A DNA stretch of 63,984 nt, the filler included. It is 6 parts of 6 records of this genome, joined end to end, with 100 filler letters (N's around TTAATTAATTAA, not from the genome) between each part and the next. Parts side by side here need not be neighbours in the genome. Positions count along the whole stretch, not along the records: positions 1 to 13,789 come from SRR31147125_12391; positions 13,890 to 26,409 come from SRR31147125_12398; 4 more parts are not named here. The stretch is one strand, 5' to 3'. Position numbers and translations under genes: made by a program. The notes beneath the pieces are model-generated. The model had not been told where the DNA came from and did not search any database. It saw only the letters and a program-made list of their open reading frames with translations. Below, piece by piece: positions 11,642-19,847 of this stretch. Numbering within the stretch: position 1 is the first letter of the stretch; the number at the start of each line of letters is the position of its first letter.

Positions 11642-13597
11642 ATGTGCGGCATTGCTGGTTTATATCATCTTTTGGGGAATAGTGTACCATCCCACTGCTT
11701 AAAATCAATGTGCAGTGCAATGCACCACCGTGGTCCTGAAGACGAAGGATATGTCTTTTTCAACATCCAAAACCCTCCTTTGAAAGACGAAAGCTACTGG
11801 GTGGAAAAAGGGTCGGAACTCCCCGAAACAACCAATCAAGAAGAGTGGAACGCGCTATTCAAATGGGGAGGGGACTTTAATCTTGCATTGGGGCATCGCC
11901 GTCTTTCCATCATCGATCTCTCCCCAGATGCCCATCAACCCATGTCAAACCGTGCCAATGGGATCTGGGTAACCTATAACGGTGAAATATATAACTACAA
12001 AGAGCTACGAAGCGAACTCCAAAGCAAAGGACATCGCTTCTTCTCGCAATCCGATACAGAAGTCATCATTCACCTTTATGAAGCGTATGGAGAAGATGCA
12101 TTGAGACTTTTAAACGGTATTTTCGCTTTTGCTTTATGGGACGGCAGAAACAATCGGTTACTCATTGCCAGAGACAGATATGGAGCAAAACCAATTTATT
12201 ACACCATGAAAAACGACACGCTCTGTTTTGCATCCGAAATAAAAGCGCTTCTACAAGTGGACGGCATCACCGCCAAGCTCAACAACAGAGCACTGGTCGA
12301 CTATTTTACCTTCCAAAACACCTATGGAGAGACAACCCTTTTTGACGACATTCACCTATTGAAACCGGGACATTTTCTTGTTGTTGAAAATGGGAAAATA
12401 AGAAAAAATCAATACTGGGATTTTGAATTTATCGACGAACAGGACAAAGGGGAAGCCCATTATATCGATCAAATCAAATCGATTTTTCCCCAAGTCATCA
12501 ACCGTCAAATGATTTCGGACGTTCCCGTCGGCAGTTATTTGAGCGGCGGTATGGACTCCGGCAGTATCACCGCCTATGCGTCTAAAAATATTCCCCGACT
12601 CATGACATTTACCGGTGGCTTTGATGTGGCAACAGCCGTAAGTATTGAAAACTTTTTTGATGAACGGGATAAGGCGGAATTGATGTCCCGAGCCTTCAAT
12701 ACCGAGCACTACCAAATGGTCATCCATGCCGGAGATCTGGAATGGGCGTTACCTCGTGTCATTTGGCATACCGAGGACTTACGCGTCGGGATGTCGTATC
12801 CACACTATTATTTGTCCCGCTTGGCGGGAAAATTTGTCAAAGTCGTATTGGCGGGAGCCGGAGGCGATGAAATATTGGCGGGATATCCATGGAGATACTC
12901 TCTTCTTGAAACATGCAATACGGATCGATCTTTTGAAAAAATACTTTATAAATATTGGTCCCGATTGATCAACGATGAAAATCGGACCCGGTTTTTCAAT
13001 GCTGAATTTTTTTCAAAAGTAAAAGATCACTCCCCTCTTGAGTCTATTCGAGAGGTTTTGTCAGGAAACACAAACAGCGGTTCCTATATCAAAAAAGCAC
13101 TCTATTTTGATGCCAAAACCTTTTTGCACGGTATTCTTGTAATCGAAGACAAGCTAAGCATGGCCCACTCCCTTGAATCCCGAGTGCCGTTTCTGGATAA
13201 TGAATTCGTTGATTTTGCCGTAAAAATTCCAACAAAATATCTACTCAACGCCTCATGGATACCAGATGCAACAAAAGACATTACCCTTTCCGGAAAATAC
13301 ATCTTCCGAAGAGCCATGGAAGACTATTTACCCCAAGAGATCATAAAAAACAGAAAACAAGGATTCAGTGCTCCAGATCAAACTTGGTACATGCAGAAAC
13401 TGGTTCGCTACATTAAAAGCATCATTCTTTCGGAAAGAGCGCTTTCACGGGGATACTTCAACCCAGTATTTCTGGAATCCATATTGGACGAACACATAAA
13501 AGGAAAACAGAATCATAGATTGTTGATATGGTCTCTGCTCAGCTTTGAATGGTGGAATCGGCTTTTTATCGACGGAGAATCCTATCCCTTATCTTGA
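11642..13597 (+). CDS. asnB: Asparagine synthase-like glutamine amidotransferase (probable uronate amidation)
   Basis: MCGIAG, HRGP, GHRRLSIIDL, NGEIYN, LSGGMDS, GAGGDE and ESRVPFLD motifs. Confidence 0.93.
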   Translation: MCGIAGLYHLLGNSVPSHCLKSMCSAMHHRGPEDEGYVFFNIQNPPLKDESYWVEKGSELPETTNQEEWNALFKWGGDFNLALGHRRLSIIDLSPDAHQPMSNRANGIWVTYNGEIYNYKELRSELQSKGHRFFSQSDTEVIIHLYEAYGEDALRLLNGIFAFALWDGRNNRLLIARDRYGAKPIYYTMKNDTLCFASEIKALLQVDGITAKLNNRALVDYFTFQNTYGETTLFDDIHLLKPGHFLVVENGKIRKNQYWDFEFIDEQDKGEAHYIDQIKSIFPQVINRQMISDVPVGSYLSGGMDSGSITAYASKNIPRLMTFTGGFDVATAVSIENFFDERDKAELMSRAFNTEHYQMVIHAGDLEWALPRVIWHTEDLRVGMSYPHYYLSRLAGKFVKVVLAGAGGDEILAGYPWRYSLLETCNTDRSFEKILYKYWSRLINDENRTRFFNAEFFSKVKDHSPLESIREVLSGNTNSGSYIKKALYFDAKTFLHGILVIEDKLSMAHSLESRVPFLDNEFVDFAVKIPTKYLLNASWIPDATKDITLSGKYIFRRAMEDYLPQEIIKNRKQGFSAPDQTWYMQKLVRYIKSIILSERALSRGYFNPVFLESILDEHIKGKQNHRLLIWSLLSFEWWNRLFIDGESYPLS

Positions 13598-13789
13598 AAG
13601 ACACATCCAACACGCGATCGGTCACAATGGACAAACATATTAAAAATATAGCAAAAAAATATAATCGCCAACTTGGCAGGAACTGCCTGATATTTTCACT
13701 TCAAAACAATCCTTACCCCCCCGTTCCCAACTTCAAAGAACATTCTCAAGAAATTACAGCCTCAGAGCCTCCCGCCTCAGCCTCCCCCC

Positions 13790-13889
13790 NNNNNNNNNNN
13801 NNNNNNNNNNNNNNNNNNNNNNNNNNNNNNNNNTTAATTAATTAANNNNNNNNNNNNNNNNNNNNNNNNNNNNNNNNNNNNNNNNNNNN
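13790..13889. other. Artificial contig spacer
   Basis: N-run with central TTAATTAATTAA; composition and gene content change abruptly across it. Confidence 0.98.
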
Positions 13890-14226
13890 GGCCTTCATAA
13901 GCAATAGAGGTAAACGCCTCATCCTCTTCGGTGACAAAGGTAGAGGCAATAACTGGAAAGTCGATATGTACTGTAGTCTCAGCACCCGGAATCTTATTAC
14001 CCAGAATCACTGCTCCCGGTGTGTGATGCTCGGTAGTGGTTCTACCGATCAGCGGAAAAGTGGTTGACTTACCGTGGGTAAGTGACTTGGACTGGTGCTT
14101 GCCGTCCATAACACAGAGTGTGTCACGGTATGCCATAACACCCGGCATGAATACATCTTTGAATAGCTCCATATCATCAGCTCCAAGGTTCTTGCTGCCG
14201 AGGTAGCTGATATTGAAATCTGTCAT
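13890..14226 (-). CDS. T7 gp10-like major capsid protein, N-terminal part (truncated by contig end)
   Basis: ELFKDVF...GKSTTFPLIGRT...TPG resembles T7 gp10 GKSAQFPVLGRT; follows the scaffold gene; RBS AGGAG. Confidence 0.85.
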
Positions 14227-14239
14227 AGTTTTCTCCTAT

Positions 14240-14282
14240 AAATAGAAAAGAGGCAGAACCGTGTATTCCGGTTCTGCCTCTT
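14240..14282 (-). terminator. Intrinsic terminator-like hairpin directly upstream of the capsid RBS
   Basis: Perfect 14-bp stem AAGAGGCAGAACCG/CGGTTCTGCCTCTT with a 7-nt loop, followed on the minus strand by TTCTATTT. Confidence 0.7.
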
Positions 14283-14320
14283 GCTTTGAAAATTTAAATA
14301 AATAAAACGTGTTTATGTTA

Positions 14321-15076
14321 TTACTGGAAGTTAATTTTGTTTGCTCTATTGTACCTGCTGGTACGAGCAACCTTCTCCATTGTCGCTTTCTTGAGTGCCG
14401 GATCATGACTCCGCTCTGCCTTGACATAAGCCGCAGACTGCTCCTGACGGGAGGCAAAGACATCACCACCTCCCGAACCACCTTTCATGCCGGTAATCAG
14501 ATTACCGCTTGTGCCATTTGCTGCTTCGTACATCTTCTGTACCTCCTGCATTGCGAGTTTACTCTGAGTCGGATTATCAAGAGTTATCATCTTCTCAAGG
14601 TCAGCCTTTCTCGACTGATCAAACCCCGGACTCTTCATAAACTCAACCAGATGATTCAGCTTATCCATACCACCGACCGATTCGGCAACATCATTCTTGA
14701 AACTCGTTACCTGCTGCTGTTCAGCCGTAACCACATTGTTACAGACCTGATCAATCACCTGACGGGGTAACCCCATCTGCTCAAACTTCTCGTAAGCATC
14801 TACGGGCAATTCACCCTTTTCATGCCACGCCGCAGAGAGAGTATCCATACTCAACCCTGCTGACTCTGCCACCTTCTCCATAGTCTCATTGGCTGGCTTC
14901 TCCTGAGGAGGCTGTTTATTTTCAGCTCCAGCTGGCGGCACCTGATTCTGCAACTGCTGCCCAACAGCTCCCTCCATACTATTACCGGCAGGCATATTAC
15001 CTGCTGGAATTTGATTCTGCACCGGTGTCTGCTGAGTCGCATCACCATTTATCTGATCCAATACCTGATTAGGCAT
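14321..15076 (-). CDS. T7 gp9-like capsid scaffolding protein
   Basis: Located between portal and capsid; GEL...YEKFEQMGLPRQVID...VGG and C-terminal FASRQE...DPA match the gp9 pattern. Confidence 0.8.
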   Translation of the reverse strand: MPNQVLDQINGDATQQTPVQNQIPAGNMPAGNSMEGAVGQQLQNQVPPAGAENKQPPQEKPANETMEKVAESAGLSMDTLSAAWHEKGELPVDAYEKFEQMGLPRQVIDQVCNNVVTAEQQQVTSFKNDVAESVGGMDKLNHLVEFMKSPGFDQSRKADLEKMITLDNPTQSKLAMQEVQKMYEAANGTSGNLITGMKGGSGGGDVFASRQEQSAAYVKAERSHDPALKKATMEKVARTSRYNRANKINFQ

Positions 15077-15105
15077 CTGTATTCTCCTTATCCTGAATTA
15101 CTTTT

Positions 15106-15498
15106 TTACTTGGCTTTTTTAGCACCTACAACAATATTCTTCTCCACCGCTGTCATAACCTTGAGCTTACGGGGAGATTTATCATTTTCTTTCTGATAGG
15201 TATACTCACGCTTGATAATATTCGCTCGCTCATCCCGGAGAGCATGCTGCTTCTCCAAGTCCATCTGCGCCTCAGTCTTGCTCTTATCAGACATCTCAGC
15301 CACCTGCTTCTGCAGACTTCTAATCGTCTCCTTATCCTCAGCGTTCTGCTGTGCCAGAGCATCCTCACGGGCGGCAAGTGTCTGTTCACGGTCACTCAGT
15401 TTCGTTTCCATATCCTGCATCTTAGCCCACATCTCAGCCATATCCGGCTGCTCTGCTGCTGTATCCTGTGTCTTTGTTGCTGTCTTAGCTGTTGCCAT
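15106..15498 (-). CDS. Phage coiled-coil protein of unknown function
   Basis: 130-aa Q/E/K-rich ORF with RBS, between portal and scaffold. Confidence 0.7.
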   Translation of the reverse strand: MATAKTATKTQDTAAEQPDMAEMWAKMQDMETKLSDREQTLAAREDALAQQNAEDKETIRSLQKQVAEMSDKSKTEAQMDLEKQHALRDERANIIKREYTYQKENDKSPRKLKVMTAVEKNIVVGAKKAK

Positions 15499-15544
15499 AT
15501 TATTTCCTTTATCAATATATAGTTTTAAAATTCATGCTTCATTA

Positions 15545-17197
15545 TTAAGCAGGCTGTGCTGCTGGTGCTGGAAGTTGTGGCTGTGCTGACGCACCCTGAC
15601 CACCCTGACCACCTTGAGGAATCATCTTCCCGATAAGTCCTGCTGCCGGCCCTGCCATTTTATTCATCATCTCCATCTCCTGAGCTTTCTGCATCTGTTC
15701 TTTTGCTTCTGCCTCCATCTGCTCATATTCCTCATCAGTAAGGAGGAAATCGTCATTCTCCAGCTGGAGAGCTGCTTGCATCATACGGAGAAGTTTGAGT
15801 GGTTTGATAAATTTGAGCATTGCATCCTTGCCGACCATCTTCTCACCCAGCTCAGCAAACTCGACAATCTTCTGCAAGTCCTGCCCTCTGCCGAGTGCTT
15901 CCAACCCGGTCACGATAGTAGTCTCGACCGTTCCCTCCGGCAGTCTATCAAGCTTCCCCAGAGCAATCATACGTTGTTCCAGCAGCCCGACCACCTGCGG
16001 CTGTAGCTCTGAGGCAAAGATTGCATAGACATTACCGATCTGCTCCTCCAGTGCCTGAATCATCATGCGAATTTCATACGAAGTAACCCGCTCACCCTTG
16101 CGCTGCACAGCGCTCCGCATCAGAAACGCCCGCTGCATCTTCTCTTCAAGAGCCGCAATCATCCTCTCAGCCACGCCGTAGTCAGCCCCTTTGTCAGCCC
16201 GGAGCATAGTCACGTCATTATGCAGATCACCGGGAATATACGACCCGTTCTTGGCTCTGACAAGATCACGCCGCTTGGTAGTGCCTCCCGGCTTGACTCC
16301 CATAATAGACAAGGACGCAATCTCTGCGCCCTCGGTTACCGCTCTCGTTAAAATATCAAGGACAATCAGCCCCCCGAGAATATCCTCGACATAGCCACGC
16401 CCCCAGTCCTCACCGTCAAGATGCGACCAACGAACCGGAACATACGGACACTTCTTAAACTTAGCCCATTTCCCGATCTTCTCCCTGCCGATACCATGCT
16501 CAGGCAAGACAACACCGTTGATCTCCTGCTTGACCGTCCAGAACTTGGTCTCACTGTCAAACTCAACGCTGGTATAGAGAGTCGCCTTTTTGTTGATATC
16601 TGTATCAGACTTATCATCTAGCAAACCACAATAAGCCAAGACCACATCATCAAGCATCGAGAGCAATAAATCCTCATTGATAATAACTTGCAGCAGCTCA
16701 CCTGCTGGAGTCCGACGCACAACATATCTATCCATACAGTAATACCGCAGGGGCTCGTCGGTCGGAGGAATATACATCAGCACATTACCACCGATTATCG
16801 AATGCTCACAGACCTTTCCCGTAATCACCCGCATCTTGATAGTCTCGCAGTACCGACGAATCTTTTTCTCACGCTCGGAGAGCATGACCTCGACCTTGGT
16901 CAGAGCGTCCTGATCGCTAGCGTTATCTCTGGCATCATCTGTCAGCACATAACGAAACCACGGACTCCCGACTGGAAAGAGGATAGTGTTGAGCCTGCTG
17001 GCAAAGTTATTGATACCCTCCGCCCCGGTTGTCTGGTACGGCACTGGATAGTCGGTACTCCCGTCAGCCCCTTCTGGAGGCATAGCGGTAGGCTTGGTCA
17101 AGACAGAACAGGCTCTTGCTCGGCGGAGAAACGGTTCACGTGAAGCTTTGAGTTTGATAAAATCCCTTGCAATATCGCCTTTATCACTCTTATTCAT
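15545..17197 (-). CDS. T7 gp8-like portal (head-to-tail connector) protein
   Basis: PYQTTGAEGINNFASRL, PWFR, CPYVPVRW..LDGEDWGRG, GERVTSYEIR and TGLEALGRGQDL motifs. Confidence 0.95.
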   Translation of the reverse strand: MNKSDKGDIARDFIKLKASREPFLRRARACSVLTKPTAMPPEGADGSTDYPVPYQTTGAEGINNFASRLNTILFPVGSPWFRYVLTDDARDNASDQDALTKVEVMLSEREKKIRRYCETIKMRVITGKVCEHSIIGGNVLMYIPPTDEPLRYYCMDRYVVRRTPAGELLQVIINEDLLLSMLDDVVLAYCGLLDDKSDTDINKKATLYTSVEFDSETKFWTVKQEINGVVLPEHGIGREKIGKWAKFKKCPYVPVRWSHLDGEDWGRGYVEDILGGLIVLDILTRAVTEGAEIASLSIMGVKPGGTTKRRDLVRAKNGSYIPGDLHNDVTMLRADKGADYGVAERMIAALEEKMQRAFLMRSAVQRKGERVTSYEIRMMIQALEEQIGNVYAIFASELQPQVVGLLEQRMIALGKLDRLPEGTVETTIVTGLEALGRGQDLQKIVEFAELGEKMVGKDAMLKFIKPLKLLRMMQAALQLENDDFLLTDEEYEQMEAEAKEQMQKAQEMEMMNKMAGPAAGLIGKMIPQGGQGGQGASAQPQLPAPAAQPA

Positions 17198-17206
17198 TGC
17201 CCCTCC

Positions 17207-17458
17207 TTAACTGAACAGGTTGAGACCTGTCTTCTTGGCTGTACCGCCAGTGCTGCCAGTACCGAGACCTAGAGGGTCGGATTTATCAATTCTGAGTGCA
17301 TCCTTACCTGACTTTTTCTTACTGTCATTATCATTGGTTACCAGATCGTCCTCCTCTTTCAGCTCAACTGCTTTCGCCGTCACAGGTGCTGGTGTCACTG
17401 GTGCTTGATAGATAGGAGCCGGTGTATCGCCGCCTCCACCTCCAAATAATCCGCACAT
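17207..17458 (-). CDS. T7 gp6.7-like small virion protein
   Basis: MC start, PAP motif and SGKDALRIDK resemble gp6.7; lies just upstream of the portal. Confidence 0.55.
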   Translation of the reverse strand: MCGLFGGGGGDTPAPIYQAPVTPAPVTAKAVELKEEDDLVTNDNDSKKKSGKDALRIDKSDPLGLGTGSTGGTAKKTGLNLFS

Positions 17459-17764
17459 TCACTCACCCTCCCCACTATACTTCGCCTTAAGTTCACCAAT
17501 CAGCTTCCGCCTACCGAGATATGCATAGAACTCCCACTCAGTCTCGCCAGTATGCCGCATACGCTCTGGATTATCCTTGTCAAGCTGCGCAACCAGCTCA
17601 CAGGCAAAATCCGGCATTTTATCCTCAGCAATCTCTGCCGGCGCTGTCTGCTCTGCCAGAAGAGTCTTCACCAGAGAACCGAGCTGATTCTCTACCGACT
17701 TCCCCAGCCCATCATTCTTGAGCTGACCCAGCGCATACTCAACAGCGCTTTGATTTTCGCTCAT
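17459..17764 (-). CDS. Phage hypothetical protein, first gene of the structural module
   Basis: 101-aa ORF with RBS AAGGAG; abuts the next gene. Confidence 0.7.
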   Translation of the reverse strand: MSENQSAVEYALGQLKNDGLGKSVENQLGSLVKTLLAEQTAPAEIAEDKMPDFACELVAQLDKDNPERMRHTGETEWEFYAYLGRRKLIGELKAKYSGEGE

Positions 17765-17815
17765 ATAATCTCCTTATCTAATACCTTTTATAAAAGACAA
17801 AACCGCTTCCGTCCT

Positions 17816-17861
17816 TCCCGTATTGAGCGGATAGACAAGTTGTACTATATTGAGCGGAATT
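17816..17861 (-). promoter_or_regulatory. Candidate phage-RNAP late promoter(s), tandem
   Basis: Minus-strand AATTCCGCTCAATATAG matches 13/17 positions of T7 AATACGACTCACTATAG. The core TCCGCTCAATA is repeated 27 bp downstream and followed by CGGGAAGG. Confidence 0.6.
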
Positions 17862-17911
17862 CATGAAACATTTGTTTTAATGAAAATTCATCAGTAATTT
17901 CACTAAAGGTA

Positions 17912-17939
17912 TTGACAAGTCAAAAGAAAAGGTTAATAT
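17912..17939 (+). promoter_or_regulatory. Candidate sigma70 promoter of the AT-rich cassette
   Basis: TTGACA-16nt-TAATAT. Confidence 0.5.
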
Positions 17940-18074
17940 GCATTAAATGATTTGATTTTTTAATTATATCTAAAGACTATAAATCCAAGTACCGATAAAC
18001 AATTATCGACACTTAGGTTATTTTTTTATGTGTGATAATTATATATAAATAAAATATAAAAATTTCGAAAAAAG

Positions 18075-18103
18075 TTGACTATTACAATAAAAGTTGATAT
18101 TAT
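18075..18103 (+). promoter_or_regulatory. Candidate sigma70 promoter of the AT-rich cassette
   Basis: TTGACT-17nt-TATTAT with a TGn extended -10. Confidence 0.6.
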
Positions 18104-18201
18104 AAATTTATTACTTGTTTCTAAAAAAGTCATTCTTATACACAATAAATAAGTAGAAGAAGATTTACACGAGATACCATTCGTGTATTGGAGATATAAA
18201 T

Positions 18202-18420
18202 ATGCTAGAGTCACTTAAAAACAGAATCCTAGAAAGAAGAAATTTGCCTGAAACTCATGCTCAAAAACCAATTTTTGAGATGTTATCTTCTCTCAGTTCA
18301 AGACCTAAATTCATCTCAAAATCTCCAATTATTGGAAGAGGGAACATCTTCTGTAAAAATCATACTATTTCTGAAGAGCAAGTAAATTCTGACTTTGCTA
18401 AAGCAGCAAAAGGCTTTTAA
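18202..18420 (+). CDS. Small basic hypothetical protein (72 aa), cassette gene 1
   Basis: RBS GGAG upstream; contains PIIGRGN...TISEEQVNSDF. Confidence 0.7.
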   Translation: MLESLKNRILERRNLPETHAQKPIFEMLSSLSSRPKFISKSPIIGRGNIFCKNHTISEEQVNSDFAKAAKGF

Positions 18421-18444
18421 TGCAGGCAAAGGCAACATATAGTA

Positions 18445-19151
18445 ATGGATATTGAAAACGATAAAGATAAAAAGGAATTTTTAAGTTTTACTCAGATGAA
18501 TTTTTTCCCATCTATTCTAAGCTTTCAGCAAACGCCGAGCTAAGTCAAAAAACACTTGAAGAAATTTCTGCTGCTTTTAGTCTTATTGCTGATTATGAAT
18601 TCTACAAATCTAAACCTGTTACAGAGTGCTTTGCATTAAAAATAAATGCTTATGAATATGGGATATCATGTCTTAAGCTAGCTTCTGCACATATGTTGAA
18701 ATACATTGTTATTCCTAAAATAACACTTGCAAAACAATACCTAAAACCAATCTATTCAAAATATTCAAACAAATCAAATAAAGCGCCTAAAGAAGCAAAA
18801 GAACTAATTAAATTATATCCAATTATCAAAAAATATCTTACTAATGAAGAACATTTATTGAAGGAATTAGAGAGCAAAACAAAAAAAGATAATAAAGAGG
18901 AAACAGATTATATTGAGATCAATAAACTAATAGAAAAAAGATACAAAAACATCTTGCATTTAAATAAATCATGTAATATATTTATTAATAGTTATTACTA
19001 TAATCCAGAATCAAAGTATTTATTTAAATTTCCACGTTTACTAAAAAGATTTAAACAAAAACTTAACAATCATACTAAGATTGAATGTATCATAGGAACT
19101 ATAGGGGGGTTAATAATAAGCTTTATTTTTCATTATTACTCAACACGATAA
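18445..19151 (+). CDS. Membrane-anchored helical protein, degenerate paralogue of the next gene; frameshift in T-runs near 18478-18489
   Basis: The frame of ORF 18693-19151 is open back to 18471 and ATG 18445 is one base out of frame. C-terminal hydrophobic helix IECIIGTIGGLIISFIFHYY. Confidence 0.65.
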
Positions 19152-19193
19152 CCTTTAAAATAATCTTAGCTCTCAATATGAAATGCAACTCAA

Positions 19194-19826
19194 ATGAATG
19201 AAATAGATAATTTCGAGAAAGTATATGAATTACATAATACAATAAAACTTGTAATAGATGAAGTACATGAAACTCTAAACTACCTGCCTCGTGAATGCCT
19301 TACAGAAATTCATTCTTGTCTATCACATTTAGCTAGACACCACAATGATCCTAAAAGCGATTCAGAAAAGCAAGCAAGTAAAAAAGCTGGCTCTCACCTC
19401 AAAAGATGTGCTTATGATCTTTATAAGATCATAAGCAGAGATACCATTGATAAGTTTAAACAACTTGAAAATAATGACATACAATATATTCTATCTGAAA
19501 GTAAATTTAACGAATTTCGAAAATTAAAAGACTCCATTATCAATAAAACTATTATTGCAAGAAAAGAAGAAGGACGTAGTTCTGAAAATTGGAAAAAAGC
19601 ATTTGATAAATGGGATGAAGTATTTATTGATTGCCAAAAAGCCAGAAATAATTATTTTACCAACAAAGAACTAAACAATAAAATGGACTTCGTTGATTCC
19701 ACTGAAAAACTAATCTTCAAAAAAAATTCTTGGGTAAATATAATAATAAGCCTAATAATAACAGTTATCACTGGTGCTGTTGTATATTTTTTTGGAACTA
19801 CAATAATAAAAATCATCACCCCATAA
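19194..19826 (+). CDS. Membrane-anchored helical protein with ExxxxxxHxxR and HxxRxxxD motifs
   Basis: TEIHSCLSHLAR and SHLKRCAYDLYK; C-terminal TM helix WVNIIISLIITVITGAVVYFFG. Confidence 0.8.
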   Translation: MNEIDNFEKVYELHNTIKLVIDEVHETLNYLPRECLTEIHSCLSHLARHHNDPKSDSEKQASKKAGSHLKRCAYDLYKIISRDTIDKFKQLENNDIQYILSESKFNEFRKLKDSIINKTIIARKEEGRSSENWKKAFDKWDEVFIDCQKARNNYFTNKELNNKMDFVDSTEKLIFKKNSWVNIIISLIITVITGAVVYFFGTTIIKIITP

Positions 19827-19847
19827 ACCAATAAACACAATAAATTA

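Noticed and set aside
13790-13889. TTAATTAATTAA palindrome within N-runs (five copies) as a biological repeat
   Set aside because: It is an identical 100-nt spacer with stops in all six frames, so it is an assembly concatenation linker. ORFs crossing it and any gene linkage across it are artefacts.
13549-14226. Phage integrated next to the glycan cluster
   Set aside because: The two are separated by a spacer and are different contigs; no att site or integrase is visible.
18471-18492. Programmed -1 frameshift in cassette gene 2
   Set aside because: A-TTT-TTA is not a canonical X-XXY-YYZ slippery site, no stimulatory structure is evident, and similar indels occur throughout the window. Error is more likely, though not excluded.
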